Assembly: GCA_964640035.1 (NCBI GenBank)
Contig: CAZXGO010000006.1
Span: forward strand, 1-57,564
DNA: 57,564 nt
From: an uncultured Chitinophagales bacterium
GTDB taxonomy: Bacteria > Bacteroidota > Rhodothermia > Balneolales > CAYWCV01
Direction: 5' to 3'
Position numbers and translations under genes: made by a program. This document shows positions 1 through 8,283 of the stretch, piece by piece. Under the pieces are notes generated by a model. That model searched no databases. It worked only from the letters and a program-made list of their open reading frames with translations, and was not told the origin of the DNA. Every line of letters begins with the position of its first letter. Within the stretch, counting starts at the first letter, position 1.

Positions 1-943
1 CGACAAGATCGGAGATGCGGGGTTTGAGCTCCTCGTATTTTTGAGTTTGATTATCGTTAGGTACCGGACCAGAGATAATCAGTGGTGTTCGTGCCTCGTC
101 GATAAGTACGGAGTCGACCTCATCCACGATGGTATAATGGTGACCACGTTGCACAAGCTGATCCGGATTGGCAACCATATTATCGCGCAGGTAATCGAAG
201 CCAAATTCGTTATTAGTTCCGTAGGTTATGTCGGCACGATAGGCCTTCCTTCTCATTTCGGAGTTTGGCTCATGAAGGTCGACACAGTCGACGGTGAGTC
301 CATGGAAGGCAAAAATGGGGGCATTCCACTCGGCGTCGCGACGACTCAAGTAATTGTTTACAGTTACCACATGTACGCCCCGACCGACCAAGGCATTTAA
401 ATAGGCAGGGAAGATGGCCACGAGCGTTTTTCCTTCACCCGTTCTCATTTCAGATATCTTACCTTGGTGGAGAGCCGTGGCACCAATAAGTTGCACATCG
501 TAGGGTACCATATTCCAGGTAACCATATTACCGGCCACCTCCCAGGATTGGCCCACAAAACGACGACATGTTTCTTTTAAGACAGCGTATGCCTCGGGTA
601 GAATTTCATCGAGCTCCTCTTCTGTGGTTTTGAGCCACTCTTTATCGAGGGCCTCGAGCTCTTCACTCATCGAGCGTCGTTCGTCGATCGTCAGCGTATC
701 TTCTTCGCCGGTAATGGCCAGCTTTTGGCGAATTTCCTGCATATCAGCCTCGATTTCAGCGACAGCTTCTTTGAGTCGGGTCTTAAATTCGAGGGTCTTT
801 CCTTTGAGTTCATCATCGCTCAATGATTGAAGAGCATGCTCAAAACTGTTGATGGTATCGACAACAGGTTTGATTTTTTTGATGTCACGATCACTCTTGG
901 TACCGAAAAGTTTGGTAAAACCGGAGATAAATTTCTCTAACAT
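1..943 (-). CDS. secA: Preprotein translocase ATPase SecA, N-terminal part (gene continues past the left edge)
   Basis: Absent from the ORF track because it is open at the window edge. Reverse-strand translation from the ATG (complement of 941-943) reads [26 protein letters not shown]...[20 protein letters not shown]...[14 protein letters not shown]...[17 protein letters not shown]...[21 protein letters not shown], which are SecA motor motifs. Confidence 0.95.
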   Translation of the reverse strand, partial: MLEKFISGFTKLFGTKSDRDIKKIKPVVDTINSFEHALQSLSDDELKGKTLEFKTRLKEAVAEIEADMQEIRQKLAITGEEDTLTIDERRSMSEELEALDKEWLKTTEEELDEILPEAYAVLKETCRRFVGQSWEVAGNMVTWNMVPYDVQLIGATALHQGKISEMRTGEGKTLVAIFPAYLNALVGRGVHVVTVNNYLSRRDAEWNAPIFAFHGLTVDCVDLHEPNSEMRRKAYRADITYGTNNEFGFDYLRDNMVANPDQLVQRGHHYTIVDEVDSVLIDEARTPLIISGPVPNDNQTQKYEELKPRISDLV

Positions 944-1177
944 ACAAGGATGTGGCTGTGGGGATGATGTTCAGTACTAGCTCAGAACGTCTGTCAAGTG
1001 AGGCAAAATACGGTATATTATCGGTGTATTCAATGAAGGCATGGTGTTCTCGGTCCGGCTTTCATCATTTTAGACAAGATAATGTTCATAATTTGTGGAA
1101 ATCTTCGTAATTTACCCTTCTGTTCACAAATCAAGCTAACCTAAGCTTCATTCAAGCTATAGTCTACATCTAACGAC

Positions 1178-1333
1178 ATGAAACGCACGTACCAACCAAG
1201 TAAGCGTAAGCGCACGAACACTCACGGATTTCGCACGCGCATGGAGACCGCCAACGGACGCGAAGTTCTTCGTCGCCGTCGTGCCAAAGGCCGTTATCGC
1301 CTTACGGTGAGCGATGAGCGGGGGCCAAAATAA
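1178..1333 (+). CDS. rpmH: 50S ribosomal protein L34
   Basis: A 51-aa ORF, below the ORF-track size cutoff: [51 protein letters not shown]. This is the canonical L34 sequence, and it sits upstream of rnpA as in most bacteria. Confidence 0.95.
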   Translation: MKRTYQPSKRKRTNTHGFRTRMETANGREVLRRRRAKGRYRLTVSDERGPK

Positions 1334-1352
1334 TTTAGGATCTCAGGTGACT

Positions 1353-1730
1353 ATGCGGCGGCTCAGGCTGCCGCGTACAGCCATACTTCGTGGAGAAAAA
1401 GCATTTGCCCGACTTTTCAAAAGTGGCAATGTAATGCGGTCACCATCAATCGATTTCAGATATTATCTCTTGCCCGGAGTCGATCAGCCATCAAGCGTGG
1501 CATTTATTGCGAGTAAACGATTAGGCAATGCAGTGATCCGCAACCGTTGCAAACGAATCATGAGAGAGTCGTACCGTTTGAACAAACCAGCTTTTGATAC
1601 TGCTCTATCTCATTACGACGGAAGTTTACAGGGTGCTTTGATTGCAAAACATAAGGATCTGAACCTGGAGAGCCTGCAACGTGCACTTCAGGGGTTTGCC
1701 CAACGGCTTGCTGACGTAACAAAGAGATAA
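1353..1730 (+). CDS. rnpA: Ribonuclease P protein component
   Basis: Basic N-terminus [25 protein letters not shown], typical of RnpA, plus the conserved rpmH-rnpA-yidD-yidC synteny. The track ORF starts at 1314 and overlaps rpmH, so the ATG at 1353 is preferred. Confidence 0.85.
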   Translation: MRRLRLPRTAILRGEKAFARLFKSGNVMRSPSIDFRYYLLPGVDQPSSVAFIASKRLGNAVIRNRCKRIMRESYRLNKPAFDTALSHYDGSLQGALIAKHKDLNLESLQRALQGFAQRLADVTKR

Positions 1731-1747
1731 CCCGGAGATTAAGGATC

Positions 1748-1993
1748 ATGGTCGCTAAATTGGGTATCCTCATCATTCGCTTTTATCAGCTCGCAATTTC
1801 GCCCTATTTTCCTTCATCATGTCGATATACTCCAACCTGCAGTCACTATGGTATCGAAGCTTTGCAAAAGCATGGGTTTTTCAAAGGCAGTTGGATGACC
1901 ATGCGCAGAATTGGACGGTGTCATCCCTGGAGTGCCGGTGGTTTCGATCCGGTACCCGACCCTCATCAACATCAACCTATTGATCGGAGCTAA
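1748..1993 (+). CDS. yidD: Membrane protein insertion efficiency factor YidD
   Basis: Carries the YidD signature [27 protein letters not shown]...[17 protein letters not shown]. Confidence 0.9.
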   Translation: MVAKLGILIIRFYQLAISPYFPSSCRYTPTCSHYGIEALQKHGFFKGSWMTMRRIGRCHPWSAGGFDPVPDPHQHQPIDRS

Positions 1994-1994
1994 C

Positions 1995-3812
1995 GTGGAT
2001 CGTAATACCGTTACAGGTCTCATACTCATTTTCCTTATAACTCTTGCATGGTTCTACTATACGGCACCTAGTCCGGAACAACTTGCAGAGCAACAGCGCG
2101 AGCGTGCATTACGCGACAGTATCGCAGCCGCTCAAACCGACACCACCACGGTACCAGCTTTACGTCCGGCAGAGCCATCTCCGACGATCCAGGAAACGAT
2201 GGGTTCGATGGGCTTTTTTGCTCAGGCCGACTCGGTTGAACAGTTTGAACCTGCTATCACCACTATTGAAACACCACTTTATACGGTCGATTTCAGCAAT
2301 CAGGGTGCCGGACCCGTCCGTTTTGAATTGCACAATCATCTTACTTGGGACGGTGAACGTCTACAGCTAATTTCGGATACGACGCGCTCTGCCTATAGTC
2401 TTGGGTTTACATCAGCACAAAACTATAATATCGATACCCACCGGTTACGTTTCAAAAAGCTTCACAGCTTTGAGCGCATGACTCTGGCCGATGGCGACTC
2501 CCTGCTTCTGGCGTACGAACTTCCTATGGGAGACAAGGGTTCGATCACCTTCGAGTACACCATTCTCGGTGGGAGCTACGAAATAGGACTAGAAGTTCGG
2601 TTTAATGGGGCCGAAAGCCTACTCAGCAGCCGCAGTACGGAACTGGGTTGGACCTCAACCCTAAATTATTCTGAGCGATATCTCAGCACGGAAGCTCCAT
2701 CGGTTTCAGCCTATTCCTACGCTGGTGAAGAGCTGGAACAATTTCTTTTGGGGGATGTGGGCCGCGAGGAAAAGATTGTAAACGGAAATATTGGTTGGGT
2801 CGCTACAAAGACGAAATTCTTCACCCAAATTATTCAACCTCTGCAGCTCAGTGACGGTGCCTATTTAACCGGAGAGCGTATTGGTGAAGATTCAGATCCT
2901 ACTGCGCAACGCAACTACACCTCATCCATTCGTGCTGCCCTGCCAGACAATAACATCCTAACATACAGGCTATATATAGGTCCACTTTCATACAATGAGC
3001 TCAAGGAGTTCCATCCAAGAGCCTTCGATATGGTCGAAATGGGCTATGCCTTCCTGCGTTGGTTCTCAGATCCTCTAGTGCGCTTTGCCATTATCCCATA
3101 CTTTATCTTTCTGAGTGGTTTTATCGAGAACTACGGCATTCTCATTATCATTTTTGCTTTTGTGATCAAGTTGGTTCTGTATCCACTTACCAAAAAAAGC
3201 TTTGAAAGTATGGCTGCTATGCGCGAACTGGCGCCAGAGCAGAAGTTAATCCAAGAGAAATACAAGGATGACCCGCAGAAGCAGCAGCAAGCGATGCTCA
3301 AATTATATAAGGATGCCAAGGTTAACCCACTCGGTGGATGCTTGCCCAACCTGTTACAGCTACCGATTTTGGTCACGCTCTGGATGTTCTTCCAGAACTC
3401 TATTCTGATTCGCCAGAAGCCCTTTTTATGGGCGGAAGATCTGTCGGCACCCGATGTAATCTTAAGCCTACCCTTCAATATCCCCTTACTTGGGGATCAT
3501 ATTAGCGGATTTGTGTTACTGATGACCATCACTATGATCATCCAGATGCAGATTTCTGGTCAGACTACTCCAAATGCCCAAATGAAGGTGTTGACCTATA
3601 TTTTGCCAGCGATGTTATTTTTATTCTTTAATAACATTGCTTCCGGACTAAGTTTGTACTACATGGTTTACAATGTGCTTTCCATTGGGCAACAAATGTT
3701 GATCAATAAACAAATTGACCATGCCAAGCTAATGGGTACAATCGATAAGAAAGCTGGCAAAGAGATCGAAAAAACCGAAAAAGAGAAGAAAAAACGCCCA
3801 AAAAACAGCTAA
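1995..3812 (+). CDS. yidC: Membrane protein insertase YidC
   Basis: Large periplasmic domain followed by the conserved C-terminal TM core (PLTKKSFESMAAMRELAPEQKLIQEKYKDDPQKQQQAMLKLYKDAKVNPLGGCLPNLLQLPIL). An in-frame GTG at 1995, one nt after the yidD stop, gives VDRNTVTGLILIFL. The track start at 1911 would overlap yidD. Confidence 0.9.
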   Translation: MDRNTVTGLILIFLITLAWFYYTAPSPEQLAEQQRERALRDSIAAAQTDTTTVPALRPAEPSPTIQETMGSMGFFAQADSVEQFEPAITTIETPLYTVDFSNQGAGPVRFELHNHLTWDGERLQLISDTTRSAYSLGFTSAQNYNIDTHRLRFKKLHSFERMTLADGDSLLLAYELPMGDKGSITFEYTILGGSYEIGLEVRFNGAESLLSSRSTELGWTSTLNYSERYLSTEAPSVSAYSYAGEELEQFLLGDVGREEKIVNGNIGWVATKTKFFTQIIQPLQLSDGAYLTGERIGEDSDPTAQRNYTSSIRAALPDNNILTYRLYIGPLSYNELKEFHPRAFDMVEMGYAFLRWFSDPLVRFAIIPYFIFLSGFIENYGILIIIFAFVIKLVLYPLTKKSFESMAAMRELAPEQKLIQEKYKDDPQKQQQAMLKLYKDAKVNPLGGCLPNLLQLPILVTLWMFFQNSILIRQKPFLWAEDLSAPDVILSLPFNIPLLGDHISGFVLLMTITMIIQMQISGQTTPNAQMKVLTYILPAMLFLFFNNIASGLSLYYMVYNVLSIGQQMLINKQIDHAKLMGTIDKKAGKEIEKTEKEKKKRPKNS

Positions 3813-4735
3813 TGCGTATTCGCTCGCACTGCACGGGTCACTTTCCTCCCATCCGATTTTCGGAAGGGAAGCGATATCTGATGCATCCGGTAAGCGGTAA
3901 GCTTCTGGTCGATCGCCCGGAAGAGCGTGTTCGTCTTCGCAGTATTGATTATTTCCTTCAGTCGAATGTATGGCCGGCTGGTAGGATCGCCAGCGAAAAA
4001 AGTACAACAACAAAAGGCAAGATCCATGCCGGAAGAATCGATCTGATTTTATATGATTCAGCTCTTGAGCCGTCTGTTCTTATAGAGTGTAAGTCACCTG
4101 CGGTGAGTATTAGTGCAGCAACGGCGCGACAAATTGCTCGCTACAATGCTGATATTCATGCGCCGACCTTGTGTATGACCAATGGATTGGTCGATTACTG
4201 GTACCAGGTAGAACAGGCTGAAATCATCGAATTACCAGGAATTCCTGATGGATTACGATCTGAAAAGCCTTTTGTACCAGATATGAACTACTGGCAATCT
4301 ACTGGTTTTGCAGGTAAGGAAACCTTAATGCATTTTGGTTTGTCGGATCTGCTGAAGGTTTGGTTCAGTGGTGAAGCCGCAATGAATCTGATCAGCTTAA
4401 ATCCGGGACTTCAACAGACGGTAGCAGGATTCTATCATTATTATCAGGTTGTACAAGAACAAGGTTCACCCGTTAAACTGGCATTTACACTGTTGAGCAG
4501 CGATGGTCATGATACGATATTGACCTTCATCAGGAACGTAAATGGACGCAACGATGCCGTTTTGTTTCTGCCCCTTGATGCCGTATACTTGGGAAAAGAG
4601 GCTACGGTACGCCTGATCCGAAATTCGGTCGATACAGCGTTTTCACTACCTGACCACATATCCCAGTATCTAAGAGAGTCAGACGATGGATACCGAAGCC
4701 TTCCGATTTTTATCGACGATTTGTTCACGCAGTAA
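3812..4735 (+). CDS. HsdR_N-type PD-(D/E)xK nuclease-fold protein with an uncharacterised C-terminal half of about 170 aa
   Basis: The N-terminal half, RIDLILYD...PSVLIECKSPAVSISAATARQIARYNADIHAPTLCMTNGLVDYWY, fits the D...ExK core and the ARYN/TNG motifs of type I restriction enzyme HsdR N-terminal domain proteins. The ATG overlaps the yidC stop (TAATG). Confidence 0.7.
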   Translation: MRIRSHCTGHFPPIRFSEGKRYLMHPVSGKLLVDRPEERVRLRSIDYFLQSNVWPAGRIASEKSTTTKGKIHAGRIDLILYDSALEPSVLIECKSPAVSISAATARQIARYNADIHAPTLCMTNGLVDYWYQVEQAEIIELPGIPDGLRSEKPFVPDMNYWQSTGFAGKETLMHFGLSDLLKVWFSGEAAMNLISLNPGLQQTVAGFYHYYQVVQEQGSPVKLAFTLLSSDGHDTILTFIRNVNGRNDAVLFLPLDAVYLGKEATVRLIRNSVDTAFSLPDHISQYLRESDDGYRSLPIFIDDLFTQ

Positions 4736-4741
4736 ATTATC

Positions 4742-6070
4742 ATGAATCGCAGTCATTGTCAGAAGCTTACCCGGCTATTTCACTCCGGCGAAGATGCCAT
4801 CGTCTACATTCAGGGAGCTCAGGAAACGAGTCGATATGAGACCGACTTTGTGTATCCCTTTCGTCAGGAATCCAATTTTTGGTACCTCACAGGTATCAAC
4901 GAGCCTGATTTCCACTTTGTACTCGATTTATATGATGGTACTGGACACCTCTTTGTACCCAAACGTAGTGTTCAATACGCTGTTTGGCACGGTATTGTCA
5001 GGGATGCGGACTACTATACCAAGAGCGCTAAACCCGATGCAATCCATTATGACGATGAATTGGAGTCTTTTTTAAAGGCTCGAAAAGCCTCTGCCATCTA
5101 CTGTTTTAATGATGACCAGGCTACTCCTTTGAAAAAATGGGGACTGAATACGATCACTGAGAGTCTCAAAGATGCCCTTACGGATTGTAGGGTGATCAAA
5201 ATGGACGATGAAATCGAACAGCTGCGAAAAGCGGGTCAGGCAACCAGTAAAGCGCATATTGAAGTGATCAAAGCCATCAAACCGGGAATGATGGAATATG
5301 AGATCAAAGCCTTATTTGAGTATCATTGTATCCGCCAAGGCATGCAACAGCAGCCCTACAATGGGATTTACGCCTCTGGCACGAATAGTGCCATCCTCCA
5401 TTATGTAGAAAATACACGCCAGATGCTGGACGGAGAGCTTTTCCTGATTGATGCTGGTGGGGAGTGGAATGGTTATGCACATGATGTAACCAGAACCTAT
5501 CCTGTGAATGGACGATTTACAGAACTTCAGGCAGGTGTGTATGATGCGGTCTTAAATGCACACTTAAAAAGCATTGAACAAGCTAAACCAGGCGTAAAAA
5601 TGGAAGATCTTCATATGATGGCAGCTCGTACCATCATGGAGGGCCTCCAACAGATGGACATCGTTCGGGGCGATCTAGATGCTATGATGGATCACAATGT
5701 TTTTGCCTTGTTTTTCCCCCATGGTTTGGGTCACTTCCTCGGGCTTGATACCCACGATCCTGGTGGCTATCCCAAGGGTGTTGATCGTATTCAGCGTCCC
5801 GGAATCCAGTACCTTCGCGCACGACGCACATTGGAACCCGGTATGGTCGTAACCATTGAACCCGGTTGCTACTTTATCCCGGCTTTATTGAAGCCAGCCC
5901 TTCAGGATAGTATGGTTAAATCGTATTTAAATCATACCCTTTTGGAGTCTATGTTCGATTTTGGTGGTGTCCGCATCGAAGATGATATCGTTATCACTTC
6001 GGAGGGAAATGAAAATTTAACCGATATACCCAAGCATCGTAAAGATATCGAATCACTCATGCAATCTTAA
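4742..6070 (+). CDS. Xaa-Pro aminopeptidase/dipeptidase (M24B family)
   Basis: Has an AMP_N-like N-terminus (PFRQESNFWYLTGINEPD) and M24B metal ligands (LIDAGGEWNGYAHDVTRTYPVNG, HGLGHFLGLDTHD, TIEPG, VRIEDD). Confidence 0.85.
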   Translation: MNRSHCQKLTRLFHSGEDAIVYIQGAQETSRYETDFVYPFRQESNFWYLTGINEPDFHFVLDLYDGTGHLFVPKRSVQYAVWHGIVRDADYYTKSAKPDAIHYDDELESFLKARKASAIYCFNDDQATPLKKWGLNTITESLKDALTDCRVIKMDDEIEQLRKAGQATSKAHIEVIKAIKPGMMEYEIKALFEYHCIRQGMQQQPYNGIYASGTNSAILHYVENTRQMLDGELFLIDAGGEWNGYAHDVTRTYPVNGRFTELQAGVYDAVLNAHLKSIEQAKPGVKMEDLHMMAARTIMEGLQQMDIVRGDLDAMMDHNVFALFFPHGLGHFLGLDTHDPGGYPKGVDRIQRPGIQYLRARRTLEPGMVVTIEPGCYFIPALLKPALQDSMVKSYLNHTLLESMFDFGGVRIEDDIVITSEGNENLTDIPKHRKDIESLMQS

Positions 6071-6075
6071 GCGAT

Positions 6076-8169
6076 ATGAAACGAATTCCTATTTCTCTGC
6101 TACTCCTTTTTGGGCTTGTTTTACATATTCAAGCGCAAGGCCTCGATACCCTACAACTGAAAACCATCTTTCACGAACCGTATTTGGCAGGTGTTAGACC
6201 AGCATTGCAGGGTTTTTCCGATGATGGGAAGAAAATCTACTTCAGTTGGAATGAAGAACACAAGCAGCCAACGGTGCGATACGAAGTTGAACTAACAGGT
6301 AAAAATCTAAAGAAATCAGATGATAGGGCACCTGGATTTCGAAGTGAATCGCCGGATAAGCGCTATGCTATTACTACCCAAAATGGGGATTTGTTTATAA
6401 CCAATGCCAAAGGTGAAGAAAGAAGGTTATTGTCAGGATTATCTGGAAATGAAGCCGGCGTAGTGTGGTCGGGCGATAGTAAACACATTGCATACATCAT
6501 GAATGGGAATGTCTACATCATGGGTATCGAACAACCTATGGTGAAGCAAATCACTCAAAAAGGATCAAATGAGCCCAATTATAGTGTGCTTGGCTGGGGA
6601 TTGGGTAATCAAAAATTGATTGTTAGCCAAACAGACAACAGTGAGCTCAAAGAGGTATTTTTCCCCCGTTATGTAGAAAAATTTGTTCAGCCGGGTGGAT
6701 CGCGCAGAGGCTTTGGAAATGTGACATTGAGTGTAATCAACATCAGTGATACTAAAAAAACTGAACTCTTTTCAGGTGTCTATCGACTAGGTGCCCGAGG
6801 AGTAAGTCCATCTGAGCGTTATTTCATGGTCGATCGTACCGATGTGGCTCAAAAGAAGCGCGAGTTGATGATGTATGATTTTAGCTCCTCGACCATGAGC
6901 ACCCTTTTTGCCGATTCCACTCAGGGCTGGATGTCGGGTCATACAGCTTCCTTTGGGATCAACACAGATCTTGTATTGTTTACATCGGAGCGTGATGGCT
7001 GGAATCATTTATATACGATGAATCCAGATGGTAGTGGCATCATACAACTCACCAAAGGAAATTTTGAGGTAGATTGGCATGCCTGGCTGAGTGATAACTC
7101 GATTTTGTATGCCTCAACGGAGGTGGATCCGGGTGAGCGTCATCTCTACACGATGGTGTTAAGCTCGGGAGTGGTTCGACAGATCACCTCAACGGAAGCG
7201 TATCGGGAGTCCTTTCGTTTAAGTCCTGATCGTAAACATGTTGTCTATGAGCGCACATTCTGGAATCAACCGGAAGATTTATATGCGATCAATCTACTTA
7301 ATTTCAAAGAAGAGATTCGTCTAACGAATTCGGTGCCTGACCGATTTGGTAACATTGGTTGGCAGGTCCCCGAGTATCATCGTTTTACCGGTCGTGATGG
7401 GTCGACGATGCTCTCGATGAGTGTGCTCAAGCCACAGAATATGAAACCAGATACGAAGTACCCTGTAATCGTATTTGTGCACGGTGCCGGTTCGCTTCAA
7501 AATGTATACAAGGGTTGGTCGAACAGCTACTGGCGAGAGTATTTGTTTCATCAGTACCTGAATCAACAAGGCTACGTGGTTATCGAGGTTGATTATCGTC
7601 ACAGTTTGGGTTACGGAAGAAAATTCCGTGAAGATGTTACCAATTGGATGGGTCGCTACGAGCTGGAAGATATTATTGACGGACTCGACCGCGTAGGTGC
7701 TGCAGGTTATGCCGACCTCGATCGGGTAGGTATTTATGGCGGGAGCTATGGTGGATTCATGTCGTTGTATGCCGTGAGCAATGCGCCCGATCGTATCCAT
7801 GCAGCGGCGGCCTTGCGGGCGGTAACCAACTGGGAAAATTATTTCTGGGCAAATCCGGGCTATACCTGGCCAAGATTAGGTCATCCGGATGTGGACTCCC
7901 TCAATTACAAGTTAAGTTCACCCTTGAGTTATGCAGATTCCTTAAGCCGACCCGTGTACATTCTTCATGGCTTGATCGATGATAATGTTGGCTTTCAGGA
8001 TGCGGTTCAATATGTAGAACGACTCATCCAAACGGGAAATGAGCGTTTTGATATGATGATGTACCCCAGCGAGCGTCACAGTTTTGTCGATCCTGATGCC
8101 TGGTACGACGAGTATAGAAGGATGTTTTATTTCTTTGAAAAAGAAGTCAAGAGAAAAGCTGAAGAATGA
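6076..8169 (+). CDS. S9 family serine peptidase (prolyl oligopeptidase/dipeptidyl peptidase-like) with signal peptide
   Basis: Signal peptide MKRIPISLLLLFGLVLHIQAQ, an N-terminal beta-propeller-like region, and a C-terminal alpha/beta hydrolase domain with the nucleophile motif GGSYGGFMS and HGLIDDNV...ERH. Confidence 0.85.
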   Translation: MKRIPISLLLLFGLVLHIQAQGLDTLQLKTIFHEPYLAGVRPALQGFSDDGKKIYFSWNEEHKQPTVRYEVELTGKNLKKSDDRAPGFRSESPDKRYAITTQNGDLFITNAKGEERRLLSGLSGNEAGVVWSGDSKHIAYIMNGNVYIMGIEQPMVKQITQKGSNEPNYSVLGWGLGNQKLIVSQTDNSELKEVFFPRYVEKFVQPGGSRRGFGNVTLSVINISDTKKTELFSGVYRLGARGVSPSERYFMVDRTDVAQKKRELMMYDFSSSTMSTLFADSTQGWMSGHTASFGINTDLVLFTSERDGWNHLYTMNPDGSGIIQLTKGNFEVDWHAWLSDNSILYASTEVDPGERHLYTMVLSSGVVRQITSTEAYRESFRLSPDRKHVVYERTFWNQPEDLYAINLLNFKEEIRLTNSVPDRFGNIGWQVPEYHRFTGRDGSTMLSMSVLKPQNMKPDTKYPVIVFVHGAGSLQNVYKGWSNSYWREYLFHQYLNQQGYVVIEVDYRHSLGYGRKFREDVTNWMGRYELEDIIDGLDRVGAAGYADLDRVGIYGGSYGGFMSLYAVSNAPDRIHAAAALRAVTNWENYFWANPGYTWPRLGHPDVDSLNYKLSSPLSYADSLSRPVYILHGLIDDNVGFQDAVQYVERLIQTGNERFDMMMYPSERHSFVDPDAWYDEYRRMFYFFEKEVKRKAEE

Positions 8170-8270
8170 AGCATGAAGAGTTGAAGAGTTGAAGAATGAA
8201 GGGGTAAGCCTTAGACTTATTTTGTATTTTGCCACATCCCTCAACTCTTCAATCTTACTTCTTCAACTCC
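8161..8270. repeat. Family T word-array palindrome (TTGAAGAG words), copy 1
   Basis: The left arm gaagaatgaagcatgaagagttgaagagttgaagaatgaagggg overlaps the peptidase stop codon. The right arm is cccctcaactcttcaatcttacttcttcaactcc. Related copies lie at 25918, 40009 and 41548. Confidence 0.85.
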
Positions 8271-8283
8271 TATCTGATCCCTG

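Noticed and set aside
944-1177. A search for tRNA, rRNA, riboswitch or other structured RNA genes in the larger spacers (944-1177, 24216-24401, 45809-45976, 52514-52697 and others).
   Set aside because: I could recognise no cloverleaf-compatible sequence and no known riboswitch or leader consensus by eye. A covariance-model scan (Infernal/Rfam, tRNAscan-SE) would be needed to exclude them formally.
1314-1352. The upstream ATG at 1314 for rnpA, and likewise 1911 for yidC, 24321 for the POT transporter and 49769 for nadK.
   Set aside because: These starts would overlap the preceding gene substantially or add non-homologous N-termini. Downstream in-frame starts give N-termini typical of each family. 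This remains unverified without alignments.
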